Assembly (NCBI GenBank): GCA_965644295.1
Contig: CBFFRP010000035.1
Location: 186,001 to 250,000, forward strand
DNA: 64,000 nt
Direction of reading: 5' to 3'
Origin: Paraphysomonas bandaiensis
Taxonomy: Eukaryota > Protista > Chrysophyceae
Numbering within the stretch: position 1 is the stretch's first letter; the number at the start of each line of letters is the position of its first letter. The translations under genes and the position numbers were made by a program. Below, in pieces: positions 12,001-25,440 of this stretch. Below the pieces are notes generated by a model that saw only the letters and a list, made by a program, of their open reading frames with translations, had not been told where the DNA came from and ran no database searches.

Positions 12001-12739
12001 TTCAGGGTGCTACTGTGCATTGATGTGGGGGGTGCTATTTCCATACTTCATTGGGTTGAGTTATTTCGCATTGGTATACCCATTGGTACATGTAGGGAAT
12101 CGAATTACCTACATTACTCTGGAAATTAGTATTGCTTGCCATATTCAGTGCTTTGTCCTAGGATCAGTGGTATTAAACTGGGTCAGCATTCTTATCTTCA
12201 GTGGCGCCATTGACCGCATTATGACCAGATTAGGATACCTACCTTTGTTTGATAATTGGACGTATGCAATTGGTGCGACGTGGAATTCGATTGTGAATCC
12301 TGGTGACACTTGTGAGAGTCAAGTCACAGCAGCACGCACAGCGATAAATAATGGCTTGAAGTTTCTTGTGGAGCCGGTGGCGCAAGGGTTTACCTTTGGA
12401 ATGTGGATGATTGTTGTAATTGAGTGGGTCGCCTGCTTATTTCATAAGTACCTGCGTTATGGTTTACGCGATGGGCACCCAATAGTTGCAAGGCATATTG
12501 TAAAAATATATGTTTGCTATTTTGCATATGTTGCTTTGAAGAAGCCATTGGAATACTGGTGCAGATGGTACTATCATTCAATAAAAGATGAGAATTATTT
12601 AGTAGGAATGGAGCTGCAGAATTCTGATCAGGTTTCGTTGATATGTGGAAAAGTATGTGCATCTAATTTGTGCTGATTGTAGGGCTTAAAAAATATGAAA
12701 GATGCTAGTGGTCAAGTACAAGCATCTCCTGAAGATTAG
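9038..12739 (+). CDS. MARCHF6: RING-CH multi-pass membrane E3 ligase, MARCH6/Doa10 family
   Basis: N-terminal CRVC...PCLCNGS..YCHQRCL..W.......CELC RING-CH; many hydrophobic segments; LREVLHP and C-terminal IKDENYLVGMELQN motifs; GT-AG introns join the ORFs. Confidence 0.88.
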
Positions 12740-13437
12740 AATGTCCCTTGGTTCTGTGGTTCGTAGTTGTGAAGTTTCTTTATTTTTTCGCCTCTACATG
12801 TACGTCATCTTTGCGGAGAAATGTATTTAGGAAAGACTTTTTACGTCCTAAATGCACTTGAGTTATGCAGAAATGACAGCTAGCCGTCACCTCACTATCT
12901 ACCTCAAGCAATGTGTACGAAGAAAGTAATTGTTAATTACATAGATATTGTTCTATACCTTCTTTCCTGAGAACTACATACACAGTATCCTGTTTATTAA
13001 ATATTTGTGCATACGTACGTATCTACAAGTTTGCAGTACAACGTTGCATTGGTTTTAGACTTTCTACGACATATCAAAACTTGTGCAATGAAACCAAAAA
13101 TTCTATGTGACAAGATGAGAGGAAAGTGTCGTTTTGGTTTGTATAAGGCCCCAAACGACACGTCGCACGACATTTCTACAAAAAAAAATACTAAAAAAAT
13201 CGTAGGACAATGTCGTTTTGTTTTGTATAAGACGGCCCTAACCCTTACAAGTAAATAAATGACCTCAAACAACACACCATGAAGAAACTAGAATTATGAT
13301 AGTCATTCTTCATCGTTCTATCAGTATTTGACATTTAGATGGTTAAAAAAAAAGTGAACGTTAAACTCACTCAATATATTTATATTTAACCACGGGTAGT
13401 ATGAAGGATGGAGGCTACAACATATGTGAAAATCTTA

Positions 13438-13472
13438 GTAGTGAATGTCTGATTATTTAGCAATAGGCGTTG
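13438..13472 (-). mobile_element. 35-bp extreme 3'-end retroposon fragment
   Basis: Tail terminus sequence flanked by a perfect 14-bp duplication ATGTGAAAATCTTA (13424-13437 / 13473-13486). Confidence 0.75.
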
Positions 13473-13733
13473 ATGTGAAAATCTTACTATTACTAATAGG
13501 CGTCAAGAATCAGCACCAGATAAGTAGCTAGCTAGAAGAAAACTAGTCAGGCTAGATAGACCTCTACTTGCAACTAACTAGTAGAACAAATTCTCATATC
13601 CTACCACATTTAACGCTACGGAAGCTGCTTGTGCGTCGCCGCAAGCACAAGGTGCAACCACTTTCGCTCTATCACTCAAATAAGTAAATGCAGTGAGCAA
13701 GCAGATTGTTGATACTTGATATACCTAACATCT

Positions 13734-14357
13734 CCCTCAACAAAGTCGGACTCGCACCTTTTCGTGGTGTTCTGGGGGATAAGTGCTCTGGGAAACTAAC
13801 GTGAGCCGCAAGCATAGTCAGCAGATAATGTTCTGCCCACGCATTGCCGAATGCTTGTGTGGTACACGAGACACCAATAAGTGACACTTGTGTAGACGTC
13901 TTTGGGCCCTGACGAATAAACAGGCATACGGAAATGAGCCCACTTCAAGGGACTCCGGGACAGGGCCCACCTGAAGGGTAACCGGGGTATTGGGCTGCCT
14001 GCTGAAGTCAAGCATCCGGGATGTTCACCTTAAGGACGCAGAACGGAAGTGGTTGCACCTTGGTATGCATAAGCAGTCCCGAGACAGCTGAGCATTTCGT
14101 AATCTGTGTTACCACTAGTCTAGAGTAATAGATAAATGCAATAAGTTCTCTCATGTAATAATCAGATCTTTAGTATGGTTGCACCTTGGTGCTTGCGGCG
14201 ACGCACAAGCAGCTTCCGTAGCGTTAAATAGTAGGATAATAGAGTTTGTACTGATTAGTTACAGGTAGAGGTCTAACTAGGTTGACTGGCATTCATCTAG
14301 CTACTAAATCTGTGCAGGCTTTTAACGCCTATTGCTAAATAAAAGACTTTCAATATA
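13734..14357 (+). mobile_element. Full-length AB copy
   Basis: Begins exactly at CCCTCAAC; 15-bp TSD ATATACCTAACATCT (13719-13733) / ATATACCTAGCATCT (14358-14372). Confidence 0.88.
14065..14175 (+). mobile_element. 111-bp insertion of a divergent related element
   Basis: Perfect 15-bp TSD TGGTTGCACCTTGGT (14050-14064 / 14176-14190); ends GTAATAATCAGATCTTTAGTA, resembling the family 3' terminus. Confidence 0.7.
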
Positions 14358-15458
14358 ATATACCTAGCATCTGACAGATTCTGTTGACTTCAGGACGTTT
14401 TAGTCCTTAAGGTGAACATCCCGGGTGCTTGCCTTTAGCAGGAAGCTCAATACCCCAGATTCCCTTGAGGTGACCCTGGCATTCCAAATGCCTGATTATT
14501 CGTCAAGGCCCAATACGTCTACACAAGTGACACTAATTAGTGACCCTTGTACCACACAAAGCATCTGGCTATATATGAGTAGGCAGAACAAAAATATCTG
14601 CTGGCTATATTATGCTCCGCTCACGTTAGTACCGGGAGGAATATCACCTGTACTTATACCCCAGAACACCACGAAAAGGTTGAGGGAATCAATGGCAGCT
14701 ACTACATATAAGGGAATAACATTCGAAGTTCTGGTTATGAATATATAGTAGACCGCCTGCACTGTCATCACTGTGATCTCTACAGCAGACGAAGGGTAGA
14801 TGATGACTCGCAGTGTTTGATAATCTGATTTTTTGATAGTTCACTCACCATTGTGATTTATTTATTTCTCTATAATTGTGTATAATATTATAATGAATTA
14901 CAAACAAATGACTGTCAATATCATAACAGATATGGAACTTAGATTCTTCTGAAAAACCTAATATTGAAGCTGAATGTCTATATTTGCCCCGTGCTGTTGA
15001 ACCCAACAAATTTTAAAATAAAAAGGGGATAATCAACAATCTAATTTTTAATTTAATTTTTATTACTTGATATTAGTTAGTGTATTAATTATCATTTATT
15101 GTCAATCGCTATATAATATTGTATCATCTCAACTATCAATCAATAACCTTAGATCTTCTGTATAGACACGATCTTAAGACAGTCACTATATTTCAATTGG
15201 TCTGAAAACTATATATTATACATATCTCATAGCATGCCGTCATCATCAGAGTTCATATATATACTGTCGTCGCGATTGTTATTGCTATATTATGGAGGAA
15301 ACCCTGATCTCTCGCGGTTAACATTAGGAACGCTCACATCCATTCTCCAAGCCTAACCCTAACCCTGGAGTTCGATACACATATAGACCCATATTCCTTT
15401 ATGCCCATCGGACCAAAAATAACCTAGATGGACAACTACACTGACGACCTACTCACTG

Positions 15459-15552
15459 CTTGGTGCTTGCGGTGATGCACAAGCAGCCTCCGTATAGCGA
15501 CTGACTGTAGTTTTAGTACTTTTACATCCATCCTGCTAATTAATCAGACATT
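15459..15552 (+). repeat. Degenerate 3'-tail fragment
   Basis: CTTGGTGCTTGCGGTGATGCACAAGCAGC...TGCTAATTAATCAGACATT. Confidence 0.65.
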
Positions 15553-16228
15553 TTTCTCTATATGGAGGAATAATAGACGAAGGAGTTGTGGGAGGTGATT
15601 TGTAAAAGCCATCTGATCTGTAGGGATATAACTTAAGGCGATATTGATAGAAAGATATGACCCTACTACTTGTACATATATATATATGTAGCCCTTAAAG
15701 GTCAGATCGGTCTATTGTAAATTATGATATTCCCGTCATGACTTCTACAAAAAGATAGTGTTGTCCTTGTGCTCCACTTATGGGTTACAAGAAATATCTG
15801 GATAGGAGTCTGTGCTCGGAGAACCCTGAAATAGTTGTAACGTTTAGAACTATCTACTAGAGTCAACTCATTGAGGTAAGCTAGGTAAGCAAAACCTTTT
15901 TGAACTAATAAACTCAGCAATTTATTCGAAAACCTGTAATTCTCTCAGGAATTTTATTGAGTGTAGGTGTTACAGCAACTATAGGTTCCGGGTCAATTAA
16001 TATTTTACAATAACTCACAATACGAGCTGTACTTCTCGAAATCATATTATATCACAATTCTCCGCAAATATTATATTGGCCTCACGACGACAGAGTAGTT
16101 TAGATTAGTTGTGACATTGTCTCTTATAGTTATATAATTCGAGCAAACCATACACACGAACTAAGTACAACACACTTTGACTTCAAAAAAAACGCTCTGC
16201 GCATAGCTACTATGGCATACCATTGCAT

Positions 16229-19200
16229 TCAACTATCAGCACGGGTAATATCACAGGGGTGGCCATCTGGTTCAGCAGTGTTTCTTGCATGTGTACCTTT
16301 ATCCACGCGTTGCCGTTTAGAGAGCGGTTCTTCCGATTCATCGCCTCCAATGGAGGGTATTTCAGGACCTTCCATTCTACTATTGTCGTGTACTTGTCTA
16401 TTCGAATTAAGATCTACTGACGACGGTATGACGAAAGAAAAGGAATTCATATTAGGTGCTGAGGCCACAGTTGGGTCAGGGTTCGCAGAGTACGGTGTCA
16501 GTCCAGTGCACAACGGGTTCGTATTGCTTGTCACACTCGCTTCGAAATCAGCCCCTTCATATGCAGAAGTTGTGGCAATCGTGTTATTTTGTTCAGTGGT
16601 CGAGGTTCCTGATACTGTAGCCGATGGGATTCCAGTGGCGCCTGTCATCAAAGTAGAGGTCATCGTCCCACTGGGTACAGTAGCCTGGGCTCCCGTGCTT
16701 TCTGGTGCTACACCCGTAGAGGTCCTTGTGACCCCGGGTGTGTCAGCTGTTGAAGTAGTACCACCTACTGCCAGTGACGCAATCGGCCCACTGGGTACGG
16801 TGGGCGAGGCACTCACCCGTTCTTGTGCTACAGCTGTTGAGGCTCCCACGACTACAGAGGTAGATGAAGTAATCGGACCACGAGATTCAGTAGTCTGGGC
16901 TCTCGATCCTTCTTGTGCTACACCCGTAGACGCTCCTGTGACCCCAGGTACATTACTTGTGGAGCTTGTGCCACCAGCTGCTAGTGATGATGCAATCGGC
17001 CCAATGGGTACAGTGGCCGAAGTCTTCGATCCTTCTTGTGCTACACCTGTAGACGCTCCTGTGGCCCCAGGTACATTACTTGTGGAGCTTGTGCCACCAG
17101 CTGCTAGTGATGATGCAATCGGCCCAGTGGGAACGGTGGCCGAGGTCTTTGATCCTTCTTGTGCTACACCCGTAGAGGATCCTGTGGCCCCAGGTACATT
17201 ACTTGTGGAGCTTGTGCCACCAGCTGCTAGTGATGATGCAATCGGCACAATGGGCACAGTGGCCGAAGTCTTCGATCCTTCTTGTGCTACACCTGTAGAC
17301 GCTCCTGTGGCCCCAGGTACATTACTTGTGGAGCTTGTGCCACCAGCTGCTAGTGATGATGCAATCGGCCCAATGGGTACAGTGGCCGAGGTATTCGATC
17401 CTTCTTGTGCTACACCCGTAGAGGCTCCTGTGGCCCCAGGTACATTACTTGTGGAGCATGTGCCACCAGCTGTCAGTGATGATGCAATCGGCCCAATGGG
17501 CACAGTGGCCGAGGTCTTCGATCCTTCTGACGCCACAGCTGTAGAGGTTCCCACAACTGTTGCTGAGGTAATCGACCCACCAGATACAGAGGTAGAGTTT
17601 GTTCCTGACTGTGGTGCAGCTGAGGATGTTGATGTTGAGAATGCGGCTTGAACCATAGGTGCAGAAGAAGTGTTATCCTTGGTAATTATCTTATGTGTAG
17701 TGTGGACGGGAAGGTAGGGAAATCCACGCCCCGCTTTCTGAGTGCTTGGCGGCTTCGAAGTACGACGACGCTTTTTCTCTGCTAAAGGGGCGGACGTCGA
17801 GATCGATGCTTCAACGCTAGAATTTGTTGCGGCTGTAAAAGGAACTTGGCCAGAGACAGCGGTATTGATAGTGGGGACAGAATGGTCCTCCTTATTTACA
17901 AATACATGTCGATAAGTGGGACCGTAAGGTTTGAACTCCACCGGAGCATCTTTGTTGACTGGCCATATATTGTCCACTCGTGGAGCAAGGTATACAGATG
18001 GCGTGGGAGTATATTCTACGGAAGAGGGCTCGTCTTCATCAGAGGAGCAAGGTGGTCGGCATTTTAGAGATATCGACAATGCGGTCGGAGTGGAAATAGT
18101 GTGGGTGTCAACAGCATTTGATTTAGCTGAACTCTTCTTTCCTCCTGTCTCACCAGATCTATTGTCATCTGCGGAAGGAGACGCTTCTTCGATACAGTCT
18201 CTCAGCATATCCTTCAAGCGCGAGGCAATTGGATTTAGGTTGCCCTCCAGAAAAATTTGCTTGGCTTTAGATAGCTCCAGCACACGAGGAGTAAAAGGGG
18301 TTGAACTCGACTGCCCACTCATTCCAAGAAATTTCCTTGCTTTCGTTTTCCACGACCTATGACACAATACCATTAACAAAGAAATCACAAACATGTCTAA
18401 CTCATACATCGAGCGCGATAAAATTCCATTCAGTGATTTGATGATTCGATCATCAGAAAGCCGGCACTCTTTTGCATCTTGGATGAGCTTACGTAGCTGT
18501 TTAGTAGTGGGAGGAGCTCGCAGAGTTGTGAGGCACCGATAGCACCATGCCATCCATTGGAATGACTCTAATATGAGTTTAACCTCAGGAAGATCATCAA
18601 TACCCAGCAATTTAGCCGCTTCAATGCGCTTTTCGACTCCAGGCGGCAAACCTTGTTCAACAGGACGCCCAACTTTCTCATCCTCCGTTGTTGGCCATAA
18701 GATTCGTTGCATAGCTACCATCCACTCAGTAAAATGAAAGCGACACTGCAAATCCAAGGCGAAAAATTTTGTATACTCTTCGTTCTCTCGTCGCCATCGA
18801 TCCACTCTGCTCTGTACCGTGTTAATTTCATACCTCAACGATCGCTCTTTCCTCTTAAGTTCTTCAATAGGAGGCTGAGATGGAGTATTGAAAAGCAATC
18901 CAGCACTACCATCAATACTTTCGCATTTGGGCGCTAATGCTTGCTCAGCAGTCGCTTGTCCCATTTTCTGCGTAGATTCTGCACTCATTGCCGTTGATGT
19001 CTCCGTTGATGGATTGCTCTCTGATGAGATACAAATGCCACTATTGGGTGCACGAGGTACGTCATTGGCTGTAGACGGTGTAGAACACGGTACACTGACA
19101 GGGACTGACGCAGAAATGGGGGCCGCTTGATTGTCAGAGACAGTGTTCATATTGGAGCTGGCGATAACATCAGACGATTTACAATTTACCCCTAATTCGC

Positions 19201-22200
19201 CAGACAAAGCGCAACTAACTGCAGCAGCTGACGCAGCGGCGATCTTGTCTAGCTCTTTCTGTGCTTTCGCAGTGTGAGCTGTTGTCTCCGCTATAACACC
19301 GCTATAGTCAGCCTTCAAACGAATCAGCTCCTTCTCATCCTTATTCAGCTTACGCAGAACCTACCCATTCGTAAAATAATTAACATACTGAAAAATATTC
19401 TAACCTTTTGCCGCTTAATCTCCAATGATCGCGATGCATCCTCGGGCTTCATCCATGTGTTAACCGTTTTGCACGCAGTTGCGTATGCTGACTTGAAGCT
19501 GTTGTGGATATTACATCTCAAACATACAAATTTATCTGCCCGTTCTGCCTGTCATGTCAAATAGAACGACGGTTACGACTTAATGACAGCAAACTATGTG
19601 TTCAATACCTGTGCTTTTGTAAATCCGATACAGCTGATGTGGCACCAATCATCACACGAATCGCACGCAACCATATGACCATGGTGCGGCTGGCGACACA
19701 AGCAGTACACTTGAGTTACTTCCACCACAGATTCAATGTACTCAGAGAGGTCCAGGGCAAGGGCATCGGCTTCAGGTAGCATTTTGTCAAGAACTTCCAT
19801 GGGCATGTCGACACTGTCAGAACTAGTGCGCTGAAGCTTCGAAACCCATACTTTCGCCTTCTTAATGTGCTCTTTTAAGGGTTGTATTAAATCAGGTCGC
19901 GCGAATAAAAGAGACTTCTCTCCAGTTTTCACGAAGGCGACTGTTTTGTCAATATTAACTCTATTCTTGCCGTTTAATCTTTCTTCAGCAATTTTAATCC
20001 ACTCCATAGATTTCGTGTACCGATCCTCTATTACACTCCTAACACAAAATGGTAAGTACAGCGCGATAAGTTCATCGTTCCAACTTTGTACCTTCGCTTG
20101 GATACGATATTTCGTTTACTCGCCCATAATAGGAGTTTCTCGACTGATGCTATGTCATCTGGCTTCAAAGATACATTTCGCCAGTTCTTCATTCGCAGCG
20201 CCTCTGATGCTGTTTTCGGTCGTTTCGAATGACTTCCTCCACTGGGTTTGCGTCCCATTAAGCTTGATACTATTAAATCATTCGATTTATGTGACCAAAG
20301 AATTACTTCGAAGGTTCGCCGGCTGAGGACACACAACCATCTCACCCAGAAGTCCACCAGCTCAAGCAACGAAAGCGGAATATCAGAATGTTCTGATGTA
20401 ACGCTGATTACTTTCGTTGCGGGCATGTCTACAGATGAAGTGTAATTTTCCTCGAAGTCATCATATTGACTACCCATCACTGACTCTTCATCCAATGAAT
20501 TTAAGTCGTCATCCGCAGTCACCGACGGTGGACCTGTCACATCGGCCTGCTTCTCTCTCTTTCTGCGGCGTTTCGATATTCGTGCGACGGATGATACTGA
20601 TTGTTCTTCCTTAACTTTTCCAGATACGCGCCGTTTGGAACTTTTCCCACCGGTAGTTTCCATATCTGCTCCTAAATCATTCCTAGATGCAGACGTGCGC
20701 TTTCGCTTCGATGTTCGAGACGAGCTCGGGGAAACTCCTGATGCTTTGCTACGAGGAGACGACGATGCCTCCATGGACGTGTCGATTTGTCCCGCTGCAG
20801 ATAAGCGGGACGCCCAGTCTATGGTATCTCTGTTTCGCGGGCGTCGGTCTGACGACTCCTCTGCATCGTGCATAGTATCAGGTAGATCATCGATATCTGG
20901 CATTTCAGATGTCGCCAGCAGTGTGCCCACATAATACTTATCAAACTCTTTACTCCTGCTTCATATATTAGCGCGCTCAACAGAAGATATAACAGTAACC
21001 CAACCGTGCTATGGGGACAATCTGGCGAGCGTCTTCTACATGCACCATAATATCACTTCTGTAACATTAATTAATTTTATAATTGAGCATTTTACTCTCA
21101 TTTCAGAATATCACCTTGTACAGTCTCCCCAATTAAGATTCATCAGCTTCCCTTTCACTATACTTACCCACTGCAGAACATTCATGCACACTGCCAGCAC
21201 CATAGACTTGCTCGTCATTGCACCTGCCTCTTCACCTTCTCTAATTAGCGCGTTAAGTGCAGGAACGAATGTTTGTTCCAAGTCTTCCCAGGGTGGTGTA
21301 GTAGTAGTAGTAGTAGTAGAATCATATTTTCTGCTCTCAACTTTCAACATAGTGCCCTTCTGCTCTGTTGAAATTTCAAAAAAGTCGAAAATTTCATTGC
21401 TATCAACTTCTGCTCCCTTCATGAAAGGAAATTCGGAGTACTTCGGGGACACTACATACCCTCGAGATTTCAACATCATATCGTGCATTCCTTCGAACAC
21501 GCTAGTTAACTTATCCTGTGTGTTTTTTTCCCATTCATAGGCCCGGGATATTACCTGCAAAATATAAATGAGGTCATCAATAGCTAGAGCATATACATGT
21601 ATGAGTATACATCGTTAATTCTCTGTATTTCATCCGGAAAAACAACTCTAAGTTTATTAGCTTCCTCAAGCAGCTCTTCGAGTTCAGAAGTTTGTACACA
21701 TGAGAATTCGCCATGTCTGAAGTCAAAGTCAGCAGTGTGCTGTGGCTTCTTCCCCGATCGCTTTGGGCACTTCAATTCAACCATATCTAGCCAGCTGATG
21801 ACATCATCGAACCTCTCTCGAGCACTCCTGTTGCATAGCATCAATTAACGAATTGTGTATCATTAAAGAAAACTTACGTCAATTCTGGAAATGTAATGGA
21901 TATGTGTTTTGCAGATTCAATCAGCAACTTGATATCCGGATATCCCACCAAGTTAGGCGAACTGTTAAGATGGGGGCTACCGACAGGAGTATCATGTACC
22001 ATATCACGGGTAGGTGTTCCAAGAATATTAGGGTTGAAAGACTCATCGGTAGGTATTTCCATATCTTCACCCTCTGTGAAAGATGCACAAATATCTCGGG
22101 GTAAGTTGATATCAACCGAAGCTATCGGGATACCGAGAGACACAAGTGTATCCATATGACTATGGATCCAATCCGTCGCTTCTGTAACGGCAAGTCGTAG

Positions 22201-25200
22201 GGATTTAGTCTCGGTGTCCAAGTCAAGGGGAAGCTCTTCTGCCTTGGCTAAAAGATCTTTTAACACTTCCAAAGATGCACTGACTTTTCCATCCTGTGGT
22301 GCATGTAAGATTAAATGGTTCCAGAAAATAGGTAGAGAATACCTGGAACTTTCGTTTCATTTGCTGTTGCCAGTTTTGAACGTCACAGAGAATTTCTGCA
22401 AGCTTGGTTTCTTCGGGGAGTCTATTCGTCATACGCTTTCTCATGTCTTCAGATAGCGACTCGCGAATCCTGATACAACAATAACTACTAACTACGTTGA
22501 CATTAGCAATTATTGGAACCTGGTTATTTCACGCTGAAGTTTCTGCAGTGTTGATAACTTCGACGACTTTTTCTCCAATGCAGGCTTTGCTTTAGCAGCC
22601 CACTTCAGTGCTTCGATGTGACATCTAGCATTTCAAGGCAATACAAAACTTGTTACATACTCCAATCATTTAACACAAATAACCAAATACCTCAGCAATC
22701 CAGCTTCCTCCATAGCAACAGGCATGCCTTCAGTCTCATCTAAAAGGTCCTGTAGCTCGTCGATGTCTACATTTTCCCCCGCCTCCATAGACTCCATAAC
22801 ACGAGCAATCCACTGTTCCAACATTACAACAAAAATACGGCTTGAATTGACAGAATCACTCTGGTAACAACAATTATATAGTATGCACCATCTTGTACCT
22901 CTTCAGCAGCGTCAACTAAATCGACAGCTCTTGTGAGGTCTTTATTCTTCCGCTCTTCGTACAGCTGCTCTCCTTGCTCCACCATCTTCTTCATATCTGA
23001 CAGTCCCATTTTCCCACCACTCCCCTGCGGCCCACTCCCACCGTCCCCATGGCGGGAAGCTCGACTAGTAACCGCAACACTTTTGCGGAATTTCTCCAAC
23101 CATTGCTTGGCCTGGCTTCTCTTGTCCCGCAGAGCATCAAGCTCCTGTGTAATTCAAAGAGTATAACCAGATTCACATCGATATATTCACTACGATGAGG
23201 ATGCACACACACTACAAAGCAGAGAATGCATTTATATATCACCTCAGTAAAATCAACAGGAAGCTTTTCGCCACTTGAAATAAGTGCTTCTAACTTATTC
23301 AGCGACACCAAAGGTGCCCCATCCGCACAGACTTGCCTCATCTCAGTATTCCACACCATTCCGGCCTTCACAATATTCTAGTAGTATATTTTAACACATC
23401 CAGGATAAAAGCAACTAAAAACCTTGAGATGTGGTACTCCGTATAGTACAACTGGAAAAGATGAAGTTTCGTTGTGCAGCTCGACTGCCTCAGTCAAATT
23501 CAATTTGTTCACCCTAAAATTGACATTATTTATGACACCAATGTAACGGTGATGCTCGCTCACCTTGATCGTTTCGAGCGAGGTAGAGCAGCACGATGGA
23601 GTGCATTTTCAATAGTTTCATTCAACTCAATACTGCGCCGATATAGATTTCTTAACGAATTTATACTAGCTTGAGGCATATTTGGAATGTTGTCAATAGC
23701 TTTGAATGGAGATGTGACCTTCAATAATTCATTTAAATCGAACAGAGACACCTTCTCTGACTCTAACGTGTCGACAGCGAATAAGGCCACATATTAAAGT
23801 CATTACGATAATTAACCTGTTAATATCTTCTTGTTGGAGCAGATATCCAGTATTCGACGGCCTTCAGTAGCAAGGTTTTCAAGATCCTTAATAGTCCGCT
23901 TCAACTGATTTTCCTCAACTACGCATCTATACATACACTAGTAAACTCTGAACCACCCCCATTCTCGGCACACATACATCGACAATTTTCAAGAAGTTAA
24001 GATGGCTACATACGCCAAATCCACAACTTTTCCATATATATACATGACACAAAAAAGTACCTGAACGGAAGCCTTTCGCCCTCATTAAGCATTTTCTTTA
24101 AATGTTTGAAATCAGTCGCACAGGAAGAGTTCGGACAAAACGCGTCGTACACATCTGCTGCCCATTCCTTGCAGTGAATGTACTTCTATTTATACAACGA
24201 AAATACGTTAAATATTTTAGTAACTATACAAATAATCCTACATACGCATGTAATAGTATATTGTATAGCATACTATGTACATCACAACCGCAACTAATAT
24301 TTCCTATACTGAACCCCTACAAAACAGTGCAGTGTGTTTTGAAAACTGACATCTATTAGCTCATGCAAGTTAGTCTGCAATGTTGCATAATGCTCCTCGC
24401 CCAGTAGTATATCGCTTGGAATAGGCAAAGCTGTAAAAATCAATCGGAACAGATCTTGAAGTGACTCCAAAGACGGTCGGCTGTAACCACCGTATTCAGA
24501 CTTGATACCAGAAATAAGGGTATTCGAGGTACGAAGAATTCCCAACCACTTCTTCTTCATTTCCTGTTTGTCTGCTTTACCCCTGTACCTATCCTTGTTT
24601 CCCAGTGGAGAATGATGCTCCGTTCCTGAAGAGCAGCCCCCTTTCCGTGAGCTTCGACTGGATTTACTGCGAGCATTACTCTCGGAGTCAATCTGCTGCA
24701 GCCGATGTGGGCCAGTGGTTTCCATTACGTAGGTCCTCTCCGACGATGGGCTTGAGGACAACACCCCAAAAATAATAGAGGTATTAAGCTCTTTAAACAT
24801 CAGTTCTAGTTTCTCATTAACATGAACTCCTGTTGGAAGTTTAGCAAGTTGTTGCCGCACTCGTGTCATATGTATAGCTTCTGCGATATGCAGTAATAAG
24901 TAAGCGTATTTCGTGCACGAAACAAATACCTCGACCACCTCCCAGAAAGGAACATAAAAAAAACTTTGCCCGGTTAATTTCGTAATTGTGAAGAGCTAAA
25001 AATTCCAAGGCATGCTCATCGGAGTGTAGAGGAAAAGTAGACAGGTCCTTTCCCCAAACCAAATTCGAGTGGTGAGCTCGATCGAAAACATTTCGAGCAA
25101 AAGTCAGAAATTCTGGGAGCATAGCATGAATGATATACTCAACGTAACGATAATGTTTTATATATAATGTAACTTACGTCGTTTGGCTTCCTCACTTTTG

Positions 25201-25440
25201 TTAGTTGAATGTACTTCTCTGGTGGACTCAAACCAACTCACCTTTACCGCTACATCCACAACATCAGAGACTATGAGAGCAATGCAGACTGATACCTTCA
25301 GTTGGCGCTGGTCCTGAGTATGCATTAGGAATTTCAGCTTGGTAATATTCAGGGTCCACTCTCGGCAGCACATGCGGATACACCTTAGTGTTCGATCTCG
25401 TTGATTTAGTGGTATTCGTATCACTCGTATCGTCACTCAT
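16229..25440 (-). CDS. Large multi-exon chromatin protein: ELM2-like N-terminus, PLU-1-like helical repeats, PHD finger, Ser/Thr-rich repeat tail
   Basis: Start MSDDTS...PRVDPEYYQAEIP and EHALEFLALHNYEINRA (ELM2-like); LEELLEEANKLRV and LKDLLAKAEELPLDL (PLU-1-like); YCLCRQPHHGHMVACDSCDDWCHISCIG...FVCLRC (PHD); consecutive minus-strand ORFs joined by GT-AG introns. Confidence 0.8.
16905..17529. repeat. Coding minisatellite, 123-bp unit (41 aa) x5 with degenerate flanking copies
   Basis: GATCCTTCT recurs at 16905, 17028, 17151, 17274, 17397 and 17520; unit EGSKTSATVPIGPIASSLAAGGTSSTSNVPGATGASTGVAQ. Confidence 0.95.

Larger units (their letters stand above)
13476..14686 (-). mobile_element. Older full-length AB copy split by a nested AB insertion
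   Basis: Tail and adjoining body at 13476-13733 resume at 14358-14686 and end in TGAGGG (the 5' terminus on the minus strand). Confidence 0.8.

Noticed and set aside
15352-15366. CCTAACCCTAACCCT interstitial telomere-like repeat
   Set aside because: Only ~2.5 units; too short to support.
16212-17651. 479-aa antisense ORF
   Set aside because: Shadow of the Ser/Thr/Ala/Gly repeat on the coding strand; no independent domain or promoter context.
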